Shown here one piece after another: positions 10,318 to 22,044 of a DNA stretch of 57,493 bases. The DNA is taken from positions 1 to 57,493 of the forward strand of contig JAFGKV010000021.1 of NCBI GenBank assembly GCA_016928395.1. Reading direction: 5' to 3'. Numbering within the stretch: position 1 is the stretch's first letter; every line of letters starts with the position of its first letter. A program made the position numbers and the translations under genes. Source of the DNA: Candidatus Fermentibacterota bacterium. GTDB taxonomy: Bacteria; JAFGKV01. Below the pieces are notes generated by a model. It did not search any database, was not told the DNA's origin, and saw only the letters and a program-made list of their open reading frames with translations.

Positions 10318-10986
10318 GGTTCAGGGTTCAGTCGTGCCTCGGTTGAGAGAACATGAGACTCCCCGGCAGCGAGGGAATCCCTTCGGGACCGTAGAATGCG
10401 GGCACGGACGCCGCCCGATACGAGCCGCAACGCACTGTGGAGTGCGCACGCTTGCGTGCGCTTTGGTTCGCGGGAGCTCAGCTCCCGCTCGTGAGAGCGT
10501 TGCCGAGCCACCGCACTCCGCAGGGATCCAGCAGGCCGCAGGCAGAAGCCTATCAAATCCATACGATCGCCCATCCCCATCATTCCAGCATTCCCCACTC
10601 TCAACCTCCAAAACTCTGACAGCGCGGGCGGCAGAGGCCCGACCTTGTTCCCGAGAACATGCAAAGCTCGTACTCGTACTCGACTGCGTCGGCTCGTCGA
10701 TTACGACAACGACAACGGTAGCGATACCGACCCCGCCCCGGCGGGCGGCCAGGGGCCAAAATGGACAGAGTAGGAGGGCCTTCAGGCCCGACAGAGGTGG
10801 CGTGTCGCGGCTGTGAAGCCGGTCGCCCCCGCACGGCTGGGCGGGCATGATAGCTGAGGGCCAATGGCTGACGGCCGATAGCTGACAGCCGATAGCCAAC
10901 TGCCTGCCGTACTCTCACCCTTGAAAACCCTGAGTGCCCCGCACCCTCGGAGGCCCGACTGAACCCTGAACCCTGAACCCTGAACC
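10318..10986. repeat. Mosaic repeat block bracketed by 23-bp inverted repeats (contains composite element copy 2)
   Basis: 10318-10340 and 10950-10972 are inverted repeats (22/23). Nested foldback 10435-10523; interrupted REP 10736-10828; gctgac/gatagc tract 10852-10897; (CTGAACC)x4 at 10959-10986. Confidence 0.75.
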
Positions 10987-11063
10987 CTTTCTCCTACTCC
11001 TCTCTATCTTACCCAAAGCGACTCGCCGCATTTCTCCCCGGACGCGTGGGCAGACACCTCCTG

Positions 11064-12263
11064 TTAGTGGTGGAACACCACCATGACCTGGAAGCCTCTT
11101 TTGGCGAGCATGTCGGCGCTATCCGACCGCTGCGGCAGCGGACCGGTCTTGGGATTCCAGAATGCCATCAAGTGAAAGGTGAAGCTATCGAGCTGCCGTC
11201 GCCAGCTCACAAACGCATAGGAGTCTTCCTTCGTCCAGTTCCGATAGAGGATGGCGCTGATGCTGTCAAGGATATTCAGGGGATACAACAGGGATACTGC
11301 GGAGATATGCGTGGCACTGCCGAAGGTGAAGGGATCACGGTCGTAGGAGACGAGCAACTGCTCCGCAATGGCGTTGAGACCATTGCCCAGCCCGAAGGTG
11401 TAGTCAGCGCCAAGGTTCAGGATATGCTGGTTGGTATACGAACCGATATCCCTGCGGGTGGACATCCAGGTTCCTTCCAGCCACAGGCCGATTCCCACGT
11501 CGACCTTGGCATCCACGCCCCATCGGTTCTCAGAAGCGTGCGAATCGCCCACACCGGAGAGCCCCGGGGATGTGAGATCAGCGGTGCGGTGATGGAAAGA
11601 CAAAGCCGCTTCGCCTCGCGGCACCGGGACTTGTGCCCTCCCACCGAACTCCGGAGTGTTCGTGGCCGTCCGGCACAGCTCCCAGGATTTCGGCCCTTCA
11701 TTACCATAGAGCCCCCAGAGCCAGATGTTGGCGTTGCTGAGGAAGTAGTAACGGCCCAGAAGGCCCCACACCCCATTGGTGATCTGCAGCGGATCGCGGG
11801 GGTCCACCTGGTCGAACCACATGAGCGGGCGAAGCACAGAGGCCGATCCGAAGTTGATCTTCTGGAGGCCAAGCCGCAGTTCCATCCGGGGCATGGCGAC
11901 GCGCGCCCAGGCCCGGTAGGCCCTCAAGGCACCTTCGGTATGCGTGCTGTCGAAAGGATGCAGCCCCCCGAGGCCGTGGATGGTGGCTGACAGCTCACAG
12001 TCGAACCGGCGGTCTCCTTCACGAAGCAGTGGAAAGTTGACCTGGGGCGTGTACCGTGCCCCCAGCCACACAGAGAGCTCCTCATCCGGGTTCACATCGA
12101 TCCAGGCCGAAGCCTGTCCCTGAAACGAAAGGGCAGGCTCCGCCCACAGCTCGCCACCCAGCAGCAGCATGCCAAGCCATATCCAACACCGCCAGCCAGC
12201 TACACAGACGCCCTCTCGTGGGCTTGTCCGCCTGGGTGACCGGTGTGGATGATTCCCCTTCAT
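11064..12263 (-). CDS. Hypothetical protein, probable outer-membrane beta-barrel
   Basis: 399 aa ORF; signal-like segment ending LWA-EP; alternating aromatic strands; RLGLQKINFG motif; ATGA overlap with the upstream gene. Start uncertain. Confidence 0.7.
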   Translation of the reverse strand: MKGNHPHRSPRRTSPREGVCVAGWRCWIWLGMLLLGGELWAEPALSFQGQASAWIDVNPDEELSVWLGARYTPQVNFPLLREGDRRFDCELSATIHGLGGLHPFDSTHTEGALRAYRAWARVAMPRMELRLGLQKINFGSASVLRPLMWFDQVDPRDPLQITNGVWGLLGRYYFLSNANIWLWGLYGNEGPKSWELCRTATNTPEFGGRAQVPVPRGEAALSFHHRTADLTSPGLSGVGDSHASENRWGVDAKVDVGIGLWLEGTWMSTRRDIGSYTNQHILNLGADYTFGLGNGLNAIAEQLLVSYDRDPFTFGSATHISAVSLLYPLNILDSISAILYRNWTKEDSYAFVSWRRQLDSFTFHLMAFWNPKTGPLPQRSDSADMLAKRGFQVMVVFHH

Positions 12264-13033
12264 GGCACGCCTGCGAGCAGAGGCACGTAGTCAGGGCTTT
12301 CCGAAATCGTAGTATGGCTCGTACCGGCCACTACCTTCAGCGAGGCGACGCCGGGGTGGAATCTCTGGCACAGGGCCTCTGTGCTGCTGCGCGGGATGAC
12401 CTCGTCGTGCTCGGCCGCGATGATGAGTGTCGGTGCCCGTATGTGCGGTGCGTGACGCCATGACTCAAACGGGTCGCGCAGAAGCCAGCGAACCGGCAGG
12501 TAGGGGAACTGCCGTGAGGCGAGTTCCCGGAGGCTCGCGAACGGCGTGACAAGGACCAGGCGCGCCACTGGCCTAGCCCGCGCCACCTTGATCGCGACAC
12601 CTGCGCCCAGACTCCTTCCGACCACAACGATGCGGTGATGATCCCCCTTGACCTTGTCGAAGAGGGCCAGGGCATCGGTGGTCAGTGCGGCCTCGGAAGG
12701 CCTCCCTGTGCTTCCCCCGTAGCTTTGGTAGTGCAGCAAATAGACGGCATGGTCCGGTAAGGCGGCTGAGACGCTCGGAAGGCTGAGCGACACGTCTTCC
12801 GCATTGCCGCCGAAGTAGATCACCGCACAGGGCCCGCGGTTGAGACGCGCGGTGATGACTATCGCGGCCTCGCCGGAGTGCAGCAGTATCGTCGTGGCGC
12901 CGTCCATAGGCGATCGCGACTGAGGATAGTAGATCAGTCTCCGCTGGAAGAGGAACAACACCCCGCATAGCGCACAATAGAGGAATACGCCGCCGGCGAG
13001 GAGGGTGGCTATGGCTCGTACCATACCGGCCAC
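12260..13033 (-). CDS. Alpha/beta hydrolase, membrane-anchored
   Basis: N-terminal TM then QRRLIYYP, FGGNAE, GRSLG nucleophile elbow, Asp in HDEVIP, C-terminal His. Confidence 0.9.
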   Translation of the reverse strand: MAGMVRAIATLLAGGVFLYCALCGVLFLFQRRLIYYPQSRSPMDGATTILLHSGEAAIVITARLNRGPCAVIYFGGNAEDVSLSLPSVSAALPDHAVYLLHYQSYGGSTGRPSEAALTTDALALFDKVKGDHHRIVVVGRSLGAGVAIKVARARPVARLVLVTPFASLRELASRQFPYLPVRWLLRDPFESWRHAPHIRAPTLIIAAEHDEVIPRSSTEALCQRFHPGVASLKVVAGTSHTTISESPDYVPLLAGVP

Positions 13034-13068
13034 TACGTCCTATGCGGGAATGCCACCACCGTTCCCTT

Positions 13069-13983
13069 TCATGGAGTGGCAGTATGCGCAGGAACCGACA
13101 AGGCCTTCGTGGAGCCGGGGTACCGGGCAAAGAATCGGTCCTTCTCGATCACCAGGCAGGCGACCGGGCCGCCGTAGCAGCTCGACATGCCGACATCGAT
13201 GAGGATAACACGGCCGCCGCACCGCACCTGAATGCCATCCTTGAAGACCGTGTGGCCCGCAACCACAGCCCTGGCGCCGTGGAACCGAAGCGCAGACTCC
13301 AGTTTCTCCTCTAGATCGTCAGGATCGCACCGCGCGAGGCTGCGCGTCCAGAGCGCTCCCTCGCGGTTCACCGACATGGCAGGCGAAGCCCTTCCCGCGA
13401 GCTCGGCGCGGATGGCCGCATTGATCGTCTCCAGGGGGAGGGGGGGAGCATCCAGAGGCAGGCCGCCATGCACGAAGAGCACGTCGTTTAGTCGAATGAC
13501 CGCGTTGTGGCCGCAGATCCAACGGCCATACGCGCCTCCTGGGCTCAGGGCTCGCTCGAACTCCTCCTGTCCCCCATGGGATTGGACCTCGCCCGGATGC
13601 ACGTAGCGGTAATCCTTCTGCAGGATCATCGCTTCGTGGTTCCCGATGAGAGCGTGCACGCGCCCTCCGGCCTTCAGGGCCTGCTCTTCCAAGCTTATCA
13701 GGAGATCCATGGCCTTGCGCGAGTCCGGCCCTCGGTCGAGCACGTCACCCGTGTGCACCAGATGAGTCCTTCCGCCGATCCACTGATTCTGCGCATCGAT
13801 GACCTGCCCAAGTTGCAGGGCACGGACCAGTTGATGGTAGTCGCCATGTATATCACCGATGGCCACCACCCGCTCCACGTCGGTCCATACGCAGGGAACA
13901 TCGCCCGCGGGACCGCACCGGGCGATCAGAAACAGGCAAGGAAAGAGAAAGGACAGGCTGCGGAAGCGAGGCCTCAATTGCAT
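13069..13983 (-). CDS. Calcineurin-like metallophosphoesterase (Shewanella-like phosphatase type)
   Basis: GDIHG, GDVLDRG, GNHE, HGG, GHT and IDVGMS motifs. Start at ATG 13983 after AGGAG; signal/lipoprotein-like N-terminus. Confidence 0.9.
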   Translation of the reverse strand: MQLRPRFRSLSFLFPCLFLIARCGPAGDVPCVWTDVERVVAIGDIHGDYHQLVRALQLGQVIDAQNQWIGGRTHLVHTGDVLDRGPDSRKAMDLLISLEEQALKAGGRVHALIGNHEAMILQKDYRYVHPGEVQSHGGQEEFERALSPGGAYGRWICGHNAVIRLNDVLFVHGGLPLDAPPLPLETINAAIRAELAGRASPAMSVNREGALWTRSLARCDPDDLEEKLESALRFHGARAVVAGHTVFKDGIQVRCGGRVILIDVGMSSCYGGPVACLVIEKDRFFARYPGSTKALSVPAHTATP

Positions 13984-14384
13984 GGGTTGTGTCTCCTGTG
14001 AGCTGACATGCATCATGATACGAAATCCGAGTGCACGGCCGCAAGCTTGACTCCACCTCTCCCTGCCGCTTGTCCGCAGGTGGCGGGCACCCATCCTCCG
14101 CCCGACCGATTCGGGCATGTGTTCCCATTCAGCATTCAGCATTCGCTTGGGCTTCCCAGTGCGCGCGACGCATTCGGGTCTTTCGAGGTGGTAAGTTCAA
14201 ACCTGTTGCAAAGCAGGGGATCTGCGGATGTATGCTATTCGGGAACCGGTCACGGTCCCGCTCGCAGGCTTGAGGATTTTGAGTTCAGGCCGAACCGCAT
14301 GCTCCCGAAGAAGCCACCGGCCGGGGGAGGGCGTGCGCTGATTTAGCTTCGTGCGTGTCGTTTTTGGTCAGCCTCCTTTGCCTT

Positions 14385-14506
14385 CCCAGGCAAACCGGGT
14401 TACTTCGTACGCTGTCTCATGACGTGAGTTGCGGAAAGGTACGCAATCCGGAAGGGTTCCCCCCAAGGAGTCGAGAGCCGGGTGCCGACCTGCCTGATGG
14501 GTCGGC
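14385..14506 (+). ncRNA. Possible atypical c-di-GMP-I (GEMM-I)-like riboswitch
   Basis: Ordered motifs GGCAAACC...GGTACGCAA...GAGCCGGGTGCCGA, then a competing hairpin GCCGACC/GGTCGGC. P1 is weak and the tetraloop receptor is not evident. Confidence 0.3.
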
Positions 14507-14569
14507 CTCCGCCTTGCGTTCATGGCGCTCATACCCCAGTAAAAATATACCACACGAGAGAGGACGCTT

Positions 14570-16024
14570 GTGAGAATTGCCCTTGTGGTTCCCCCGTGGG
14601 GACCTGACATCATTAGAGCGAAGGACACGAGAGGCATCTCTGGATGCTGGCCCACGCCGGGCCTGCAATACGTCGCTGCCGTACTCCGCGACGCCGGCCA
14701 CGAAATTCTCTTTCTCGAGGGTTTCTTCTACGGCAATGATGAAATGCTTCAGAAGATCGCGGATTTCAAGGCCGAGGCCCTCGGTGTATACGTGATAAGC
14801 CTACTCTGGGACAAGGCACGATCTCTCATCGAGGAGGTCAAGAAGGCTTTCCCCTCCATATTCACATTCATCGGTGGACATGGCGCCAGCGCATTGCCCG
14901 AGATCTTGATGAGAGACACCGATGCTCTGGACGTCATCATAATCGGGGAGGGGGAGCTGACATCCAGGGAACTCATCGAGGCGCTGGAAACGAAGCAAGA
15001 TCTCCGTGCGGTCAAAGGCATCCTGTTCAAAGACGGCAACAACCTTCACAGGACACCGCCCAGGGAACTCATCGACAATCTGGACCAGCTCCCCTTCCCG
15101 GCCGTGGACCTCTGCGAGATGAAACGGTACTACCCGAGCTTCGAGCAAGTCTCCACCGTACCCGTCATGCAGATGCTGGCCAGCAGAGGCTGCAATGGTA
15201 CGTGCCTCTACTGCTACAAGATGTATGGCAGCAGGATCCGCCTCCGAAGCCCGGTACGTGTCGTGGACGAGATGGAGTACTATGTAAGAACCTACGGCGC
15301 CAAAGAGATCAAGTTCTGGGACGAGCATTTCTCATACGACCATGCGCACGTCTACGCCATCTGTGACGAGATCATGAGAAGGAGACTGAAGATCCGTTGG
15401 TGGGTCTCATGCAGAGCCGATTCAGTCGACCTTGCCCTCCTCAAAGCCATGAAGAGGGCCGGGTGTTGGTGCATAAACTACGGAGTGGAGAGCGGCGTAC
15501 AGAAACACTTGGACACCCTTCTGAAACGGGAAACGCTGGATCAGATCGCCGACGCCGTGAAGCTGACCCACAAAGCCGGAATAAAGACCCATACCACCTA
15601 CATTTTCGGCATACCTGGCGAAACCTTCGAAGACGGGTTGAAGACCATTGAATTCGCAAAGAAACTGAACTCCTTCACCGTTGAGTTTTTTCCCATCACA
15701 CCGTTCCCCGGAACCGCCCTCTACAAAGGCGTGAATAAGGGCCTATTTGGAACGATGTCGGCGAACCTCTCCGATCAGGGTATGCTGCTTGACCGCCCTT
15801 GCTTTGTGCCTTTCACCATGACCGCTGATGAGATAATGGAGTTACGGAGACTGGCCTATATGAAGTACTTCCTAAGGCCTCGGTTTCTTATCTATAGATT
15901 CACACACATAATGTCGCTGTTTCAGGTACGGGCCATTTTCCATGGAGCAGGGAGCCTGTTCCAGATGTTCCGGGAACAGGTGGAAGCCCTCTGGAAGAAA
16001 ACGGCGCACGTCTTTCATTCTTGA
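14570..16024 (+). CDS. B12-binding domain radical SAM protein
   Basis: N-terminal cobalamin-binding domain (PGLQYVAAVLR, IGGHGAS, IGEGE), SRGCNGTCLYC (CxxxCxxC), GVESG, FGIPGET. Confidence 0.92.
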   Translation: MRIALVVPPWGPDIIRAKDTRGISGCWPTPGLQYVAAVLRDAGHEILFLEGFFYGNDEMLQKIADFKAEALGVYVISLLWDKARSLIEEVKKAFPSIFTFIGGHGASALPEILMRDTDALDVIIIGEGELTSRELIEALETKQDLRAVKGILFKDGNNLHRTPPRELIDNLDQLPFPAVDLCEMKRYYPSFEQVSTVPVMQMLASRGCNGTCLYCYKMYGSRIRLRSPVRVVDEMEYYVRTYGAKEIKFWDEHFSYDHAHVYAICDEIMRRRLKIRWWVSCRADSVDLALLKAMKRAGCWCINYGVESGVQKHLDTLLKRETLDQIADAVKLTHKAGIKTHTTYIFGIPGETFEDGLKTIEFAKKLNSFTVEFFPITPFPGTALYKGVNKGLFGTMSANLSDQGMLLDRPCFVPFTMTADEIMELRRLAYMKYFLRPRFLIYRFTHIMSLFQVRAIFHGAGSLFQMFREQVEALWKKTAHVFHS

Positions 16025-16194
16025 TGCCGCGGGCGTGGGGGCCGAGGCGACTGAAGCTGGCGGATACAGAGGCAGCGTGTGGGACACTGGCGGACTGGCA
16101 TATCGAGCCCCTTCGCCGAGCGCGAATCCTGAGCGCCCAGCAGCTCCCCGTCTCGTAAGTCGGAGTCCTGCATAGGTCCCAGCTCCATGACCAT
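16015..16194 (-). CDS. Small hypothetical peptide (59 aa), possible RiPP precursor
   Basis: SD GGAGGTGA 8 nt before the ATG; MVMELGPMQDSDLRDGELLG...QCPTRCLCIRQ; convergent with and overlapping the end of the radical SAM gene. Confidence 0.35.
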   Translation of the reverse strand: MVMELGPMQDSDLRDGELLGAQDSRSAKGLDMPVRQCPTRCLCIRQLQSPRPPRPRHQE

Positions 16195-16308
16195 GGTTGC
16201 CTTCACCTCCCGAAAGCTCCCCCAGGGTAGCGCTCTGTCCGGCCTGAACCCGAGCCCAGCGGTGCCGGGAGCCGACTGAGTCTGCCGATGGAGACCCGCT
16301 ATCCCGCA

Positions 16309-16354
16309 TTGACCCGGGGGCCGTATCGAAGCTATATTGATACGATGCTATAAC
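16309..16354 (+). promoter_or_regulatory. sigma70-type promoter(s) of the hrcA operon
   Basis: TTGACC-N18-TATATT (16309-16338) and extended -10 TGcTATAAC (16346-16354). Confidence 0.5.
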
Positions 16355-16380
16355 CACACACCGAGGTAGTTCTAGAAGAG

Positions 16381-17421
16381 ATGATGACTCCCACACTCGA
16401 TTCTCGCCATGAGGCTGTTCTCGAGGTCGTTGTCGAGCACCATGTCATGACCGCGCGGCCGGTGAGTTCCGCCGTGGTTGCGCGCCGGTCGGGCCTGAGG
16501 CTCAGCTCGGCGACCCTACGTACGATCATGGTGGGGCTTGAGGCTGAAGGACTGCTGCATCAACGTCATACATCCGGCGGCCGGATCCCCACTGACAGAG
16601 GATACCGCCTGTACGTGGATAAGCTCATGAGGGTCCGTGGCCTGACCACCGGAGAAAAGCGCCTGATCTTGTCTTCCATGCGGGACGCATGCCGTGAGGT
16701 CGATGACATCCTCAAGGCTGCCTGCAATGTTCTCTCCAGAATCTGGGGACAGCTCGCCGTGGCTCTCGGGCCCTCGGCTACCGAGGGAGTCCTCCGGCGT
16801 ATCGATCTGGTCCCCGTGGCCTCCGACCGGGTGTTGGTCGTAGTGTCCGTGGCCTCCGGCGTCATCAGAACCGTGCTGGTGGATGCGGTGCAATCCGTGG
16901 ATGCCCTGCGTCTTGAGACGGCAACGCGTCGGATGAACGAACGCTTGGCAGGGCTGGCTCTTTCGGATGCGCTGCACATCGTAGCCTCGGAGCCCCATGA
17001 GTTCTGCGCCGATGATTCGTCGGTGCGGCAGGTGCTTGTTCGATTGGCTGGCCGCTCGTCTGTATCCAAGCTAGAGGGCGGGCTCTACGTTGACGGGGCT
17101 TCCCGCCTGTTCACACAGCCAGAGTTCGAATCAGGTGCTATGATGGGGACGTTCTTGCGGGTAGTTGAGGCGAAGGAGCAGCTTATCCGGGAGCTGACTC
17201 TGCACCGGCATCACACCGTACCCATGGTCATCATCGGAAGCGAGAACGCGGCGGATGAGCTGAAGCACTGCAGCATGGTGACCGCGGGCTATCGGGTGGG
17301 CGATTCATCGGGGGCATTGGGGATTCTGGGGCCGATCAGAATGCCGTACTCAAAGCTTCTGCCTGCCGTTCAGTTCGTCGCCGGAACGGTGGGTGACCTG
17401 CTGTCTCAAGGTCGTGCCTGA
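16381..17421 (+). CDS. hrcA: Heat-inducible transcription repressor HrcA
   Basis: SSATLR...LE.EGLL.Q.HTSGGRIPTDRGYRLYVD; C-terminal GILGPIRMPY; precedes grpE-dnaK-dnaJ. Confidence 0.95.
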   Translation: MMTPTLDSRHEAVLEVVVEHHVMTARPVSSAVVARRSGLRLSSATLRTIMVGLEAEGLLHQRHTSGGRIPTDRGYRLYVDKLMRVRGLTTGEKRLILSSMRDACREVDDILKAACNVLSRIWGQLAVALGPSATEGVLRRIDLVPVASDRVLVVVSVASGVIRTVLVDAVQSVDALRLETATRRMNERLAGLALSDALHIVASEPHEFCADDSSVRQVLVRLAGRSSVSKLEGGLYVDGASRLFTQPEFESGAMMGTFLRVVEAKEQLIRELTLHRHHTVPMVIIGSENAADELKHCSMVTAGYRVGDSSGALGILGPIRMPYSKLLPAVQFVAGTVGDLLSQGRA

Positions 17422-17492
17422 CGATAGGCGGGCGCCGCCGATTCACGTCCCGGATCGATACATGAAAATGATCTGTTCTTTGGAGGTTGTGC

Positions 17493-18098
17493 GTGGACGA
17501 TAGCACCCCAGACGTCCCTCAGGACATCGAGACACCTGCGAAGCACCCACGCAGAGGAAGAGGCAAGGCCCTGGCTGAACAAGTGCGCCGTCTCAAGGAA
17601 GATAAGGCCGGGATGGAACGCCGCGCCGACGAGCTTGCCGCGCGAATCGCCGAATTAGAGGATGAGCGCCTGAGGCTTCTCGCCGAGATGGAAAACATGC
17701 GCAAGCGATCCCAGCGAAGGCTGGAGGATGAGCGCTGGGGATTGCTGGCTGAAATCTCACGCCCGGTTCTCGAGGTGGCCGACAACCTGGAGCGGGCAGC
17801 GCACATGGGGGAAGCAACCGGTGCCCAGGAGGCAACGGTCTCCGGCATACGAATGGTGCACAGCCAGCTGCTTGAAGTGCTCCTTCGGTGGGGTGTCGCG
17901 CCCATAGACGCGGTAGGCCGTGACTTCGATTTCAACTTTCATGAAGCCATCGCCCACGCGCCCTCTCAGGGTGCCCGCGACAACGAGATACTCACGGAGG
18001 TATCCCGGGGCTACCTTCTCAACGGGCGCCTTTTGCGTCCCAGCAAGGTCGTCGTCGCCAAGGGCGCCGAGCAGGACCAGGCGGAGGCGTCCCCGTGA
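17493..18098 (+). CDS. grpE: Nucleotide exchange factor GrpE
   Basis: RLLAEMENMRKR, DNLERA, FDFNFHEA, GYLLNGRLLRPSKVVV; GTG start after GGAGG. Confidence 0.95.
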   Translation: MDDSTPDVPQDIETPAKHPRRGRGKALAEQVRRLKEDKAGMERRADELAARIAELEDERLRLLAEMENMRKRSQRRLEDERWGLLAEISRPVLEVADNLERAAHMGEATGAQEATVSGIRMVHSQLLEVLLRWGVAPIDAVGRDFDFNFHEAIAHAPSQGARDNEILTEVSRGYLLNGRLLRPSKVVVAKGAEQDQAEASP

Positions 18099-18167
18099 AG
18101 AGGCTTACCATCGCCACGGAAGCCTATCGGCATCCGCATACGAAGAGGGCAAGGGGGTTAGAGAGCC

Positions 18168-20063
18168 ATGGGTAGGGTTGTAGGGATCGATCTGGGAACC
18201 ACCAACAGCTGTGTCGCGGTCATGGAGGGCTCCGGCGCGGTAATCGTGCCCAGTGCCGAGGGAAGCAGAGTGACACCCTCCATCATTGGTTTCACTCCCG
18301 AGGGGGAACAGCTGGTAGGAGAGGTCGCCAAGCGGCAGATGGTCATGAACCCTCTGACCAGCGTGCACAGCATCAAGCGATTCATGGGCAGGCGGTTTTC
18401 GGAGATCACCCGCGAGTCGGAGATGGTGCCCTACCGGGTGGTCGAGGGTAAGAACGGCGATGTGCGAATCATCCTGGGCGAGAGAGACCTGAGCCCACCA
18501 CAGGTCAGCGCCATGATCCTGCAGGCCTTGAAGCGTCGTGCCGAGGAATTCCTTGGCGAGACCGTCGACCGGGCGGTAATCACGGTTCCCGCATACTTCA
18601 ACGACGCCCAACGACAGGCGACAAAAGACGCCGGCCGCATCGCGGGGCTGGAGGTCCTTCGGATCATCAACGAGCCAACAGCCGCTGCCCTGGCGTACGG
18701 CCTGGAAAAGAAGCGGGATCAGAAAATCGCAGTGTTCGACTTGGGCGGCGGTACATTTGATATTTCCATTCTTGAGATGGGAGACGGCTTCTTCGAGGTC
18801 AAGGCGACCAATGGTGATACTCATCTGGGCGGCGACGACTTCGACCAACGACTCGTGGATTGGCTGGCCAAGGAGTTCGAGAAGGAACATGGGATAGACC
18901 TCCGGAAGGACCCGACCTCGCTACAGAGACTCCGCGAAGCCGCGGAACGGGCCAAGTGCGAGTTATCCAACGTACTTCAGACCACGGTCAACCTTCCCTT
19001 CGTCGCCGCAGACCAGGAAGGACCAAAGCATCTCCTCTCAATAGTCACCAGAGCCCTTTTTGAGCGGCTGGTGGCGGATCTCATCGAGAGCACTGAAGAC
19101 CCCTGCCGACAAGCCCTTGATGACGCGGGCCTTGCTCCTTCCCAACTGGACGTGGTGATCCTGGTGGGCGGCTCGACGCGAATCCCGGCCGTACGGGAGA
19201 AGGCCCGTGAGATCTTTGGCAAGGAACCATTTCAGGGCGTGAACCCCGATGAAGTAGTCGCCGTGGGCGCCGCGATCCAGGCAGGCGTGCTGGATGGGCA
19301 GGTGAAAGACGTTCTTCTACTGGATGTGACCCCGCTCTCGCTAGGCATCGAGACCGCGGGCGGGGTCTTCACTCGTCTCATCGACCGGAATACGACCATA
19401 CCTACCCGTCGCAGCCAGGTCTTTTCGACCGTAGTGGACAATCAACCGGCAGTCAGCGTGCATGTGCTGCAGGGTGAGCGCCCGATGGCGGGGGACAACC
19501 GCACTCTGGCCCGCTTCGAACTGGTCGGCATTCCACCGGCACCCCGGGGCTTGCCCCGTATCGAAGTCATGTTCGACATCGATGCCAATGGAATCGTGAG
19601 CGTCTCTGCCAAGGATCTCTCCACCGGCAAGGAGCAGAAGATCCGAGTGCATTCCTCCAGCGGGCTCACCGAAGAGGAAATCCAGCGGATGATCCGAGAC
19701 GCCGAGCAGTTCCAGGAGGAGGATACCCGCAAGAGCGTTCGTGCCCAGCTGAGAAACCAGGCTGACGCCCTCCTCTATGACACTGAGTCGGTGATGACGG
19801 AGCAGGGTGCCCGGCTTCCCCCGACGGAGTGTCTTCGGCTGACTGACGCTCTTCTGAACCTGCGGAGCCAGCTATCCCAAAGCGATGAGGAAGGCGTGCG
19901 TCTCGCCATGCGTGAGTTGAGCCAGGCAAAGATACCGTTGGACGAACTGGTCTTCGGCGGTCAATCATCGGGAACAGAAGGTGGCCAGGAAACGGACGCG
20001 GAGGCAGAGGCAGAGGCAGAGGCAGAAGTAGAGGAAACGCCCGACTCGTGGTCGTGGCGCTGA
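18168..20063 (+). CDS. dnaK: Molecular chaperone DnaK
   Basis: [44 protein letters not shown]. Confidence 0.98.
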   Translation: MGRVVGIDLGTTNSCVAVMEGSGAVIVPSAEGSRVTPSIIGFTPEGEQLVGEVAKRQMVMNPLTSVHSIKRFMGRRFSEITRESEMVPYRVVEGKNGDVRIILGERDLSPPQVSAMILQALKRRAEEFLGETVDRAVITVPAYFNDAQRQATKDAGRIAGLEVLRIINEPTAAALAYGLEKKRDQKIAVFDLGGGTFDISILEMGDGFFEVKATNGDTHLGGDDFDQRLVDWLAKEFEKEHGIDLRKDPTSLQRLREAAERAKCELSNVLQTTVNLPFVAADQEGPKHLLSIVTRALFERLVADLIESTEDPCRQALDDAGLAPSQLDVVILVGGSTRIPAVREKAREIFGKEPFQGVNPDEVVAVGAAIQAGVLDGQVKDVLLLDVTPLSLGIETAGGVFTRLIDRNTTIPTRRSQVFSTVVDNQPAVSVHVLQGERPMAGDNRTLARFELVGIPPAPRGLPRIEVMFDIDANGIVSVSAKDLSTGKEQKIRVHSSSGLTEEEIQRMIRDAEQFQEEDTRKSVRAQLRNQADALLYDTESVMTEQGARLPPTECLRLTDALLNLRSQLSQSDEEGVRLAMRELSQAKIPLDELVFGGQSSGTEGGQETDAEAEAEAEAEVEETPDSWSWR

Positions 20064-21982
<1,919 letters not shown>

Positions 21983-22044
21983 TGTTTGCATTCTCGTGCC
22001 GGGAGCATTCTCGGCTGAACCGTTGTCAGTAAAGGAGGACATCT

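Noticed and set aside
10278-10918. Several 100-190-aa ORFs in the repeat block
   Set aside because: Translations mirror the tandem repeats (VVVVVID, RYRYRCRC); no SD or family motifs.
10660-10990. CRISPR array or integron attC array
   Set aside because: Repeats are short, heterogeneous and not regularly spaced; no cas or intI gene in the window.
14125-14144. (CATTCAG)n short tandem repeat
   Set aside because: Only about three intergenic units; no evidence of function.
18105-18890. 261-aa antisense ORF resembling the so-called NAD-specific glutamate dehydrogenase
   Set aside because: Well-known shadow ORF on the opposite strand of dnaK.
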